Shown: positions 1 to 11,755 of the stretch, in pieces | Layout of the letters: every line of letters starts with the position of its first letter | Position numbering within the stretch: position 1 is the first letter of the stretch | NCBI GenBank assembly: GCA_040143965.1 | Contig: JASJQH010006909.1 | Span: 1 to 42,553 of the forward strand | DNA: 42,553 nucleotides | Direction: 5' to 3' | Source of the DNA: Basidiobolus ranarum | Taxonomy: Eukaryota | Notes under the pieces: generated by a model | Seen by the model: only the letters and a program-made list of their open reading frames with translations | The model's database searches: none | What the model was told of the DNA's origin: nothing | Translations under genes and position numbers: made by a program

Positions 1-287
1 TGATGTGATCCAAGGGCATATAGTGAGGGGCAAATATGATGATTCAATAGATGCGAAAGGTTTTCGAATAATAAAACGGATGGATTAATTTTTATTTGTT
101 GACAATGATTTTACTCTAAAGACGATGATAGTAACACCCTAAAGATGGTGAGAGATATATAAGTAGAGATGGATGCTGACCGGAGGATAGCGTGTAAGGC
201 TAAAAGAAGGGGACCTCTTATTTACAAGGAAGTGATTTTGACGAGCCTTCTTATATTATTGAAATGATATCTTGATGTGCGCTTTTT

Positions 288-1997
288 TTATGCGTTAGGC
301 ACAAGCAACTTGATAAAAACGGTAGCAAAGACATTGATGGCTGCAAATACAAGGAAAGTATAAGGGCCTAATGCCTGCTTCATAGTAGGGATAATCAATC
401 CTACAGCGAATGTGCCACTATTTTTATGAATGTTAAGGTGAGTATGGGCATGGTAGATATGGTCCAGACATAGTTAATAACTTACATCCATCCAATGCTT
501 GTAGCAGCACCAACAACTGCACTAACTGCTACTGTTGGCATGATTTCTGGAATGATAGTAACAGTCACAGGTCCCATTCCGATCGCAAAGGAAGCCACAT
601 ACAGTAAAGCTATATAAAACGTAGGAACATTAGAAAGATATCATCAAGATGATCATGAATACTGTAAACATACATGAAGCGACGACCAATAGCTCGATGT
701 TGTATTTGGAAGCAATAACCATCGCAATAGCCATTATAGCCATCCCCCCAGCACTGATTAAAAGCAGGAGCTTACGACCGGTGCGAGCAATGATTATAGC
801 CGAGACGGAGGTCATGATCACATTGATTACAGCGATACCAACGGTAACATAAGAAGCTTTTTCTGGGCCGAAAACATCTTTGAAGATGCTTTGAGAGTAG
901 TAAATAATCCCAATGATCCCGGACAGAGGTTGAAGAGCAAATAAGATGATACTAATGATACTAAATCTTCTAAGGGAGTGATCACGTAGCACGTCGAGTA
1001 TATTGAGGGGCTTCAAAGCCGTAATCACGGTGACGTTTTGACTTTCTTCGTCAGTTTGTTCTGTAAGAGTCTTATCCTTCAATCCTTGACAAGTAATGAT
1101 GGTTTTCTCCTCGCATACTTTTTCACTGCTCAAACCAGTGGAACTAGGATTCTCTGAGCATAATTGAGTAGAACTGGTAGGTGTGACATTATCTTTATCA
1201 CCACGTTGTGCATCTAACATTTCCTGAAATTCGTTTTCGGTATCACATCCTTTTCTCAACTTCTCTAATACCTCTCTGCCTTCATCAAGTCTACCAGCCA
1301 TAATAAGATAACGTGGGGTTTCTTTACAGAAGCAAAGAAGTACGGCTTGAATAGCTGCAGGAGCGATAGTGGCACCCATTAACCATCTCCACCCGGGGAT
1401 ACCGTTGAATAATAGACAAAATACCTGAGCAATCAAAATACCAAGCATTTGAGAAACTTCAAAAAGCACTCCCATGGTACCTCTGAGACGGTTGGTGGAA
1501 GTTTCAGCAATGTATGTGGGAACAGCAACACCAGCTACGCCACTTCCGACTCCTACTAAAAGACGGCCCATAACAAATAGAGGTGTGGATGTGGACATCG
1601 CAAGAGCTAAACCTCCAACCATAAATATGATATTGTTCCACAACAATGTATTTCTGCGTCCAACTTTACTTGTGATATGACCAGCTGCCATACTTCCTAA
1701 CAACCCCCCGAGAGCAAATACACCTACAGCAAAACCCCTACCAGGTATAAGTAACATGATTGGATTACCAACATTTTAGTCAAGATTTAATTACCAAACA
1801 AGAGGCTCCATAGGAAGGCAATCTGGAAAATAAGCGCCGGTACCCTTGGGAGGGCACACGAGAATCACATCCTGGGAGATATTTGGCACACCAGAATTGT
1901 ATCCAGCATTTAAACCAGCAAGAAGTGCACTGAAATTGCTAAACAAGGTGTATGCATCAAATACTTTATATCTAGAATCGCGGCTGTTGGTATTCAT
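288..1997 (-). CDS. MFS sugar porter (GLUT/HXT-like), 4 exons: 1795-1997, 674-1737, 486-609, 288-417
   Basis: Sugar-porter motifs GRRNTL, GRLLVGVGSG, PTYIAE, RLRG, ETPRYL, QPLSGI..IIYY, GRKLLLL, GMGPV. GT-AG introns at 1738-1794, 610-673 and 418-485 join the ORFs in frame; ends ...LVPNA* (TAA 288-290). Confidence 0.9.
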
Positions 1998-3676
1998 GAT
2001 CTGAACAGTAAAGATTGCTGTAAAGATGTAGTTTGGAAGGAAACAAAATGTTTAATAGACTAATGAGTTCCTGTTCTTCGCTGGTCTGCTCAATATATAT
2101 AGCATCCTCTAGTTTTAACACCGTTACAAATATGTCAATGTCGTCATCGGCCATCATGCCTTATGTGCTAGCGCAAATTAGCAGAACGTTGCAGTGAAAT
2201 TGGTATTCACAAAGATTCAATTATATAACACAATGGTTTCCAAGTTTAGTGTAGTCATTCGGATAGATATAGAATTTTGATGTCGGACGCTATATCAATC
2301 AATTATGGCGTTCTGGCTTTTATGCAACAGTCTGGTTAAATGACAAAACTCAGTATGATATGCGTATCTTCATCTTATCCAGCAAATCTAGTTGGCCCAT
2401 ATGGCATTTTCTAATGTTCACCCTTCCTATGGCTAAGGCTAAAGGACACTTGGAAGTACACTTTGTACTGCTAGATAGTTATCGCATAAGCTTGATATTT
2501 TCATGGTTTCAAGGATGACATAACTACTGACACATAGCATGATGTTGGGGTCAAAATACAATGCAATTCATGCGCTAATAAAAACTATTTACAACCTTTT
2601 GAATGAATTTTGAAACCATGAAATTCGGGAACCTTTGAAACAATCCTGCAAGAGAAATAGATCGAGATCCTTTGCCCCAACGGAATCAGTAACAGCTAGC
2701 TTTGATAGAGTATCAACAACATCAACGCCTTGTTCTCTGTACTGGGATCAGCACATGAAAAAAAGGTGATTACCAGCAACGATTTCGAAAACTAACTTTC
2801 AGAATCTGCCTCACCATCCTTGCTTTCATTACTATATGGGCCTGAGCATCGAAATCTTGAAACACAGCAGGTTTCGCGTTAGGATTTGGGAATTCAGAAT
2901 TCAGGATTTAGGCACGATTTAGCGATCTAGCGGTCGTTGAATGTGAGGACTATGTGTGAGGATTGAAGATACATAGGATCATAACTTTCGGTTCTATTTT
3001 CTCCGAGGGCCACAGACCGCCGACTTGAGACTAATCTGAGACGTGGTATATGTAAGGAAAAACGGAACACATCTATAGTAAGTGAAGCCAACGAAATCAA
3101 CTAATTTCTTTACGGTTCTTCAGCAGCCATTATTTAACCTTGCATGAAGCTTGCTCGTTTTGCACGCTACCTTTAGTCGAATACTACTTACCTCGATCGC
3201 GCTTGTTTCATGATCAAACTCCCCTTTACCAAATGGTGTCACAAGCCAAAAAACCAGTTACTTGGTATACAATCGGATACCTTGTTATCTATTACATATG
3301 CGTCTACACCAGCATTGCTACATGGAGGTGTAGCCATCTATCGCTTGTAATCTTTAAGAGTTCACGTACATTACGGGATAGGTTTTATAGATTAGCACGA
3401 TTAAAAAATGCAACATCGTTAATAGATTTCACCGAACATTTGATGCATCAACAGTCATGAAAGGAACATGTCAAGTGAAGCGTAGAAATACGATTCATTC
3501 CAACAGCTGCATAATAAGTCACTGCAACACACTATTGTCACAAAACTGCTTATAAGACAACCTCAATTATGTAAAACACCGCAATCATTTCCATCGAGAT
3601 TGGCAATATGTTATGTAATTCACTTACGCCCTTTATAGTCTAATGTGTCTATTCGTGCTTTGTAAACTGTGGCAAG

Positions 3677-3714
3677 AATCATGCAAACTTGAAATCATGC
3701 AAGCAATCATGCAA
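3677..3714. repeat. Three copies of AATCATGCAA in short tandem arrangement
   Basis: aatcatgcaaacttgaaatcatgcaagcaatcatgcaa read directly. Confidence 0.7.
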
Positions 3715-4549
3715 GCCCTAGACAACTCTTCAATGATTTCAAAAGCAGACCAAGACAAACCCCATTGCTTGTTCTGCTCGCATGTATCTTTGCACTGTAT
3801 GTCGATCTTGCAGCATCTCTGATCTCCCTCCGGAGAGATGAAACAAGTCTCAGATTTATTTAGACTTTTTTTTCAACTTGATCTCCGCCTTTTATTTCAA
3901 TGTCAATCACACACTTACTAACCCTAAGAGCATCTGTGCACTAGATCTTGGTGTACAATCCTGTGGTTGCTTCAACTATGAGCTACGGTAGAAATCGTCT
4001 CGGTAGCTTTCTCTTAATTTAATAATCATTAAGAAGGAAGGTCCTAACAATACCAACATATGTCTTTTTAATGAATTCATTGGTCCAATGACGGACTTGG
4101 ATATGGTAGAAACCATGTAAAATAGCGATAGACCTTTGTGTCCTCCTCCTCATCATTGCCTTCACCGAATGCGCTCTTAGTTAGTGTCTAGTTGCCCTCC
4201 AAATATGGTAGGAATCCCCTTTTTTTCTTACGATTGTTTATTGCTTTTTGCTTGGGAGTTCGATGGGATAGTAATGCGTAGAATTCCTGGCCACCTACTA
4301 TTAGTTAATGGTAATTTGAATACCTTCATTAGAAAAAAAAAATATTCCTATAATCGTGATATCAGTAATGTTCAGGTGTAACATAAGAATTAAAGCTAGT
4401 ATTTGGCATGCAACTATCTAATATACTAAATAAAATCAATTTCCTCCACCTGCAATTACATAAAGGCTTTAAATTTTGTTTCTTATATTGGCGCTTCGAA
4501 ATAAGTGACTGAAACAAAAGGTGTTTTTTATGAGATCAAAGGCTTAGTT

Positions 4550-4578
4550 GAAAGTGAGAGTGAAAGTGAAAGTGAAAG
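4550..4578. repeat. (GAAAGT)n hexamer microsatellite
   Basis: gaaagtgagagtgaaagtgaaagtgaaag. Confidence 0.7.
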
Positions 4579-5560
4579 ATACGCCTCTGTTTATCAAAAA
4601 AATCGCCGATGAAAGTGATATTTCATTCAACATTAGTGGGGAGGGTTAGTATACCCAGGTGGTTTCCTTCCCTATTTATAAATCCTGGCTTATATTTGTA
4701 TTATTTAATAAAGTGGATGACTCTAATACGTGAGCTGAAGGAAAATCTGCCCTTAGTTTGACAATGTATGTATTTGAGTGACTCAAACGGTAAGTATTCC
4801 AAGATCTGTCTACGCTATCTCTTTAGTTATCTCTCTAATTTCTAAAATACTCTCGAAGTTAATTCCCTCCATCGTTACAAGCTTCTCGCTTCTATTATCG
4901 ATGTAGTTAGCAACAACAGGCAATTGAAACTTTTTATCTTAATTATCTACTTGGAAGATTGGTTTCATGAAAGAAATCTCACAAAAGATTCCGTAACTTA
5001 CAACTGATTTTGAGTGCAAAAGTGAACAACACTGGTGATCAGTAAGTTAGAACTTCTTTGCAGATATATACCATGAAATCATATTTACAATCCAATGATT
5101 TTGTAACAAACTGGCTTATAAATCCAGTCTCAAGTACCTTCTCTTCTCACGAGCTTGAGAAACTGGTTCAGTTAAAGAGTTATGCTTATTGAAAGTACAA
5201 AGATACCCGAGTAGACTTCCAATTTGGATATTTGTTAATATCAATACTTATACACCCAAACAATGACTTATCTGTTAAGTGCGTAAACCCTGGTTGATAT
5301 CTTTGGGATCTCAACCATTACGATTACTCACTCTACCAATAGAGTATATGCTAATAACACCGGTGATAGATCGAATGGTTAAAAACCACCATTTTCAACT
5401 ATTCTCTCAGGAATGTACGACTACGCAATCTTCCCTCAGTCAACATTACAAATTGTTATGTAAACAGGAAAAAAAATTTAGTATGTGCGCTTATTACAAA
5501 ATAAGTTTATTAATCATTTGTATTTGTCCCTAGGGGGTAGTAATAAAATGAGTCAGAAAT

Positions 5561-6109
5561 TTAACAACCATCGAAATCGAAGTCATCACCGAAAGCGACA
5601 TCAGAGTCAGAGTCGGAATCAGCTTCAGGGAAAAGACCCTTGGATCTAAGGTAAGCGATGGCAAGAGGAAGAGCCTCATCTCTCATCTTGAGAGTGAATC
5701 TATCCTTCTCGGCGTCAGCGAGGATCTCGGCAGTAGCGATGTCACCGTTGACGGACAAGACCTTACCGTCGAAAGGAGTGATAGCGGCTTCAATCCATTC
5801 TTTGATATCGATCTTCTCGGTCATTTCCTTGGGAACGTAGGCAACGACGGCAACCTTCTCGTTGTTGATAGAGAAGATCATCTTACCGACGGAACCGGAA
5901 CCACCTCTGCGTTCCTCCTCACTGGGGTCGCTCTCAGCGTTCATGGCCTTCATGGATTCAACCAAAAGGTCGACGTTACCCTCGGGCTCATCGAGCTTGG
6001 TGCAGAAGAATTCCAAACCACCCATCTCGGCGACACCTTGGATTTCGACACCTCTCTTTCCTCCCTCCTTAATGACCTTTGCAAGAGTCTTTTCGTTGAA
6101 AGTGGACAT
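5561..6109 (-). CDS. Uncharacterised 182-aa intronless protein; C-Ala/DHHA1-like domain (inferred) with acidic C-terminal tail
   Basis: ATG at 6109 (MSTFNEKTLAKVIKEGGKRG...). Strong bias to TTC, GTC, ATC, GCC, ACC, AAG, GAG, GGT codons supports a real, highly expressed gene. KMIFSINNEKVAVVAYVPKE...KEWIEAAITPFDGK resembles the eukaryotic AlaRS C-terminal domain by eye. Confidence 0.85.
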   Translation of the reverse strand: MSTFNEKTLAKVIKEGGKRGVEIQGVAEMGGLEFFCTKLDEPEGNVDLLVESMKAMNAESDPSEEERRGGSGSVGKMIFSINNEKVAVVAYVPKEMTEKIDIKEWIEAAITPFDGKVLSVNGDIATAEILADAEKDRFTLKMRDEALPLAIAYLRSKGLFPEADSDSDSDVAFGDDFDFDGC

Positions 6110-7061
6110 GTTAAATAAGCGAACTACTCTGAGAACAGTGGGAAGGACATGACCGAAATCTATTGTTAATTTAAGCAAACAATTTTTTCATCCCCTGCAC
6201 CATTGAGATTGCCCTGGTCGTACTTTTTTTTTAGTGACCAATTTGTGTGATGAAGAAATTCTCCCCCATTTAATTCTCTATAATCTTCTATTTTTCCCTA
6301 TAAATGGTCGTTAAATCAATTCAATGAACAAGATATTTTAATTGGGAGAAATATCCATGGTTTTTATCCAACCATAAGATGCTAAGATAAGACCTTCTCG
6401 ATGCTAACTTAATATGGGTAAACAGAAACAGCTACCACTGTATTGATAATTAGTAGCATAATGGCCTGAATACTCAGTGATAAGCAAAAGCCACTAGTAA
6501 ATTGGATAATTAACAGTATATTAAGGGGTAGTGATTACGTTGAAGTTAGAAAGAGAACCAAGTTATGCGACGAATAAATCCCTATGCAAAAATATCCAAA
6601 TCATATTTAATAAATATCGAATTGGTAATTTCACGTCATCCCGGTAATTTAATAAAAAGAGTGAATTGAAACAACAAATGAAAAGGAAGGTATATAGTCT
6701 TCTAAAATCAACGAAAACAAAGAATATTATCTAAATTTTTAAGAAAATGTCAAGTAATAATGGGTTTCCTGGTAAAGGGAAAGTAATATGTACAAACATA
6801 ATGTTCCTGAAACTAATCAACAAATTGGCATCGATTCTTCTGCACGTACATGTATACTGGTCTCTCCGAATAGATTCCCATTATAGCAAAGACCGTGAGT
6901 AGTGTACAAGATACACTGGGCTGATACTCAGGGGGTGGAGTGTCCCAATGTTTCTGGAAAATTTCCAGTACAAAGGAGATGCTATTATGAAGAGATCGAG
7001 ACACTTGGATTAAGTGAATAAACAGGAACTTCTGAGAAAATTATAATTATCAATAAAGTAT

Positions 7062-8146
7062 TCAGCATTTGGCCTTCAGACGATATTGCTCGTCGATAAA
7101 GCCAAATTCATGCTTTCCAATGACAAAAGAGGTCGGTGCTACGCATACAATTTCATTCAATGGACGAGACCCATCATCAAGAGAGAGTTTCTGAAGACAT
7201 AAGCTAGCAAATACTGCCTCATGCAATTCTTTCGGATCTTCTACGAATGTTGTATTGTAGTTTTCATTGGTGGCTTTTCTACGTTTGTTTGGTCTTGGTT
7301 TGATCACACTTGACTTCTTTGGGAAGATGGAAGCATGGAATGTATATGTCACTGGTGACTGGTATGCAATAGGGGACTGAGAAGCACTATTGGTGAGTAC
7401 TGAAATGAAATCCTTTTCGATTTCGTCCTCATTTTTTGGTGACTTCTTATTAGCCTCTCTTCTGCGTTTTTGAGTTCCTGTGACTTTCTTTGGTGTATAA
7501 CCTTCTTCCCCGCTGAGATTGGGAGTTTCTGGGGGACTCACCATACCAGCTTTGGATATCTTGGCTTTTTGCTTTGCAAGTGCAGCCTCTGCTGCCTTAC
7601 TTTTCCGTTCTTCCATGGACATGGGAACCCGAGAGGAAGAGTTTGGATGTGATGGTTCTAAGACATCTTGGGGAAATTGTGGACCAAAAATAGGAACTAG
7701 ATCATCACGAATATACCAACAGGTTCTCTTGGCCAGTTCATATGCACGATTGAAAGGAAGCCTAAGGGTCAGAGATAAGATTGTAAGAACTTGAGGTATA
7801 TAATTACGAAATAATATTGAGCATCTTACCATGTTCCTTGAATCTTCAAAAACCCACCTCGGATTTTCTTCACTTCTTTTGATAGCTCTGGATTAGAGTC
7901 AACCAATTTAGCGATTTCACTCTTTTCACGGCCAATAGCTTTCCAAATACCAGTCCAATAAACATAACCTGTTTCTCTATCCCAAAGGATAGGCTGTTCG
8001 TTCAAAGTGAATTCATATACAGGAATATACCCTCTTGGGTCCAGTGAAGTAGAGTATTTAGCGCAGTGAACTTTCTGCTTATCTGAAGGAAAGGGAGCAT
8101 GTGTATTAGGAGCAGTGGTGTCGATCGGAGAGTTTGCGGATGTCAT
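7062..8146 (-). CDS. APSES/KilA-N DNA-binding transcription factor, Xbp1-like; exons 7830-8146, 7062-7761
   Basis: ILWDRETGYVYWTGIWKA...KKIRGGFLKIQGTW|LPFNRAYELA..C..IR..LVPIFG is the APSES signature. Intron 7762-7829 (GTAAGA..TTAG) splits the Trp codon of GTWLP. Confidence 0.9.
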
Positions 8147-8803
8147 ATTTATCAAGGTGAGTATAGCAGAGGAGGTGGTGGCAGGCTACCCAAGAATCAA
8201 AATCAAATTAAGGTGTCCGTTTAGCTAAAGAGATTCACGAAGTTCAACTTCCGAGTATGTATGTATAGACAATTATTCGAGGATCTGAGAAATATTGAGG
8301 GGTAGCGATGGCTTATATAGGAATTTCTGAATCCGAGAACAAGAGGATATTATGGTGTTGCCAGTATGCGCGGAATTAGGGGTTTGATTAGAGCTTAATG
8401 ACCAAGCCTGGGTGAGGGGCTGCTCTCGGGTTTAGATGAATAATATATCAAGGGAATATAGTTATGTCAAGTGGTGGTGTGGAATTTGGATCAGGAACCT
8501 ATTTGGTAATTCGATGCGGACTACAAGGAAATCAGCAGTTTTGCAAAATAGATCCTGTTTCTTATACAGCGAATGGAACACTTGTTCAGAAGGGTTTTAC
8601 TAGGAAGAGTGAGTGTACGCTTTGTTATTCCATGGCTCTGAGTCGAGGTGAATTAGCCATCCAGGTAAAGAGATTGGATGGAGGAGGGTTGGGTTTTATC
8701 TAACTCTAATCATCTGGTATTTAGTATATAGTCATGATGTGGGTGATTCAGGAGACGAACCATTAAGCTCGAAAGCTCGGAAATCTCTTTTACGTTTCCT
8801 TGG

Positions 8804-8815
8804 TTTGGCGGGAAA
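8804..8815. promoter_or_regulatory. Candidate E2F-type site TTTGGCGGGAAA upstream of the APSES gene
   Basis: Exact match to the E2F consensus (TTTSSCGC); motif match only. Confidence 0.3.
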
Positions 8816-10648
8816 GGAAATTCATCAGCAAGACACATCCATAGATTGAATAGGAGATGGCTGGATACTTCATTTTTCTCGAAGACGAAAACGTAAAACC
8901 TGTATCACGAACAAAGAGATTGGAGGGGTCTATAATGGATGCAACGTGACCAAAACTTGCTTTCTACAATCTAGCTCGAGAAAAAGAAGCCCCTTTCCCC
9001 TGCAGAGATGATTTGGAGTGTCGGGATGTTGTAGTGGCAGATGCATAGGTCGAAGGGGCTCTTACCTTCGGATTGATCGTTTTACAAAAACCCCGGTACA
9101 CCGAGGTGTGTGCAGCTCAAATGATGGCTTAGCCTACGAACAAGATCGCTAATTCTTTTATTGGCTGGGTGTGGACCTATTGGCAGTCACTGATCAATAA
9201 TATTTGCTCATACCGTGATATGGAATATTGCCAGCGAATAAAGACGAGTTATGTGTGGGTATTTGAGAACTGGCACTTGGAGGTCAGACTTGAGATTCCC
9301 CTGAGACGTATAGTGATTATTTAATATCGACAACACCTGATGCGTTTTCTGATGTGTTTTTGTTGTTCGTCCACATGCCCACAACACCCGCAACGCCCGC
9401 AACATTCACTACAGGGTTAGAAGTCAAAAAGGGGTCAATGACTTGTTATAGACTTCGGCATTGTTTCATTCGACACCTATCCAGTATTATTCACTCTAAA
9501 TCAATATCAGCCATGTGATGTCGTATATCCGTATCTCCATATTGTCAACAGGATATTAGCCTTATTTGTAATAATGAGAGTGGTGCTGTCCGGTTACGGC
9601 CAAACATCATCAATAAGACAAAGATGCACTACAGCAAGCCAAACCCCTAGACTCTGGAAACTATCTCACAACGCCAACCGAAAATCAGGTAGAAAATTAT
9701 TTAGAAACCAAATGTTAGCGGGTAACGATGTCAAAGTACTCACTCTAGACACTCTATGGCTACTCTCTATGCAGTTGGATAATCTCGTCTCCTTAATTCC
9801 ACGCTCATCGACCAATCGCATATACGATTAGCACTCAGTAGAGCTGATTGTCAAACAAAGGAGTCACTAAGAAGTTACTCGGCCATTTGGCTTTGAAGCT
9901 CCAAGCCGATGACCTCTCGAAGATCAGTTGCTTATTAGGGAAGTGCATACATGCATACACTCATCGAGAAATCTGATGTGCACAAAGTTCATCACCAAAC
10001 ACGCTTCCATATATATCACTCGTTTCCACAAAGAAACCTCGTTCTGGGAAGACAAGGAAACTCGTCTGATTTAGAAAGTTGATCGGTCTATTTGCCTCAA
10101 TAAAATCAATTCATTAATTACCGCGTAACCAACGATGGTGTCCAAAACTCGGTTTACTAGAACTATAACAAAAGAAATGTTCCTGGCACGCTACGCCTAA
10201 TTAACAAAAATAACCAATTCAATTTGTTGAGACGGTGAAACATACTCCCATGAAACGATGCATTTGACATTAAAGCTTAACTATGCGGAGATTACGTAAA
10301 AGTTTAATATAGCTTTTTTGTTTTGTTTAAAAGTATAAGCAGGCTCGAGGCAAAATAATGGAAATGGCATGACAAAAGGAGTTTTGGAAAACAGCAAAAG
10401 TTCATAGGATGTGAACCAACAAAATATATGAAAAATTCACATTAAGATCAATCTTCCAAGGGGGTTGTTATAATCTGTCCAAGGCTAGGTCAGGCGATCT
10501 AAATTTGAAAGTCCTTTACGTAGAATCAGTCTCATAATTAAATAAGTAGTGAATCGAGGGAAATATCAAACAAAACTAAATCTTTAGTGCGAAAAAAAGC
10601 TTAACAGGGCGGTGCAAGAAAAGTTAAAGAAACCCCGATAGTTTCCAA

Positions 10649-11755
10649 CTACAAAATATGACATTTGCTCTTCTTCTTTCTTTTCTCGCTAGGATTACTG
10701 CCAGGCTTGTTACTACCTTCTCGAGATGCACGAATCATTCGCACAACTGTATAGAAGGATTTTTCCACATTTACGGATGTCTTGGCTGATGCTTCGATGA
10801 ACTCACAGCCAAGTCTTCGAGCTAATCCGAGCCCTTCTTCTTTGGAAACTTCTCGTTCATTAATTTTATCGCATTTATTTCCAACAAGCATCACTGGAAC
10901 TCTTTCCGTGTCCTTTACACGAATAATTTGGTCGCGAAATCTTTCGACTCGCTCAAAAGTAGAGCGAGAGGAAATAGAATAGACCACTAAGAACCCCTCT
11001 CCATCTCTAACATAAAATAACAACTTAGCTATTAAGTAAAGTACGTTCAACTATAAACTGTGTACTACAAACCTAATCCATTGGTCACGTAGAGCAGTAT
11101 ATTCCTCTAAAAATGAGGAGGGTATTAGCCACAAGTTACGTAGAATAGTTTACTTAAAAACCCGTTAAATTACCTTGGCCAGCAGTATCAAGAACCTCAA
11201 GCATGCAAGACTGCTCATCTATGACGGCTTGTTTACGATAAGAATCCTCAATGGTAGGATCATAAGTCTAGAATAATCCGCATAAATAATTAACACAAAT
11301 CCTCATAAGTTTAAAGCAAAAATATCATGGAAATACCTCTGAATATTTAAATCGTCATTTTCAGAGGGATTAAATGAACTTGGTTAGTTGAAACATTAAG
11401 AAGCACAAATAGGATTGATTTCAGTACTGACCCACGAAATGATTCAAACAAAGCTATATCATCAAGCAACAAATAATTAAAAGAGAAACTAGGTAAATAA
11501 TTGTGAAAGTTGTGTGATAAAATAACAATTCCACTGTGTAAACAAAAAGAAGAGACTGCTACACTGGATAACTAACCTGGATAGTAAGCGCAGTCTATGA
11601 AATAACGTAAAGCAACATTTAGTACACGAAATACACTGAAGAATAGTCGCATATAACCAGTAATTGAGGGAATATGAGTTGATGTGTAATAACTGAAAAG
11701 CCCGTACCTTTCCAACACCACCATCGCCAAGTACAACTAATTTATATAAAACCAT
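10649..11755 (-). CDS. rasB: Ras GTPase, fungal RasB/Ras2 type, 191 aa; exons 11708-11755, 11577-11594, 11432-11453, 11337-11338, 11174-11267, 11073-11106, 10649-11006
   Basis: Spliced product [40 protein letters not shown]...[22 protein letters not shown]...NKCD...EASAK...[10 protein letters not shown]. All G-boxes, effector loop, polybasic stretch and CAAX present; exon total 576 nt. Confidence 0.95.

Noticed and set aside
3140-3460. 106-aa ORF and other short intergenic ORFs (e.g. 8464-8703, 9574-9831)
   Set aside because: No recognisable motif, no codon bias and no convincing splice context.
3880-3905. CGCCTTTTA resembling U5 snRNA loop I
   Set aside because: It lacks the invariant GCCTTTTAC and a flanking complementary stem.
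5658-6152. Antisense ORFs here and over the tricalbin, CoA-transferase, SERINC and DBF4 genes
   Set aside because: Shadow ORFs caused by codon bias on the coding strand.
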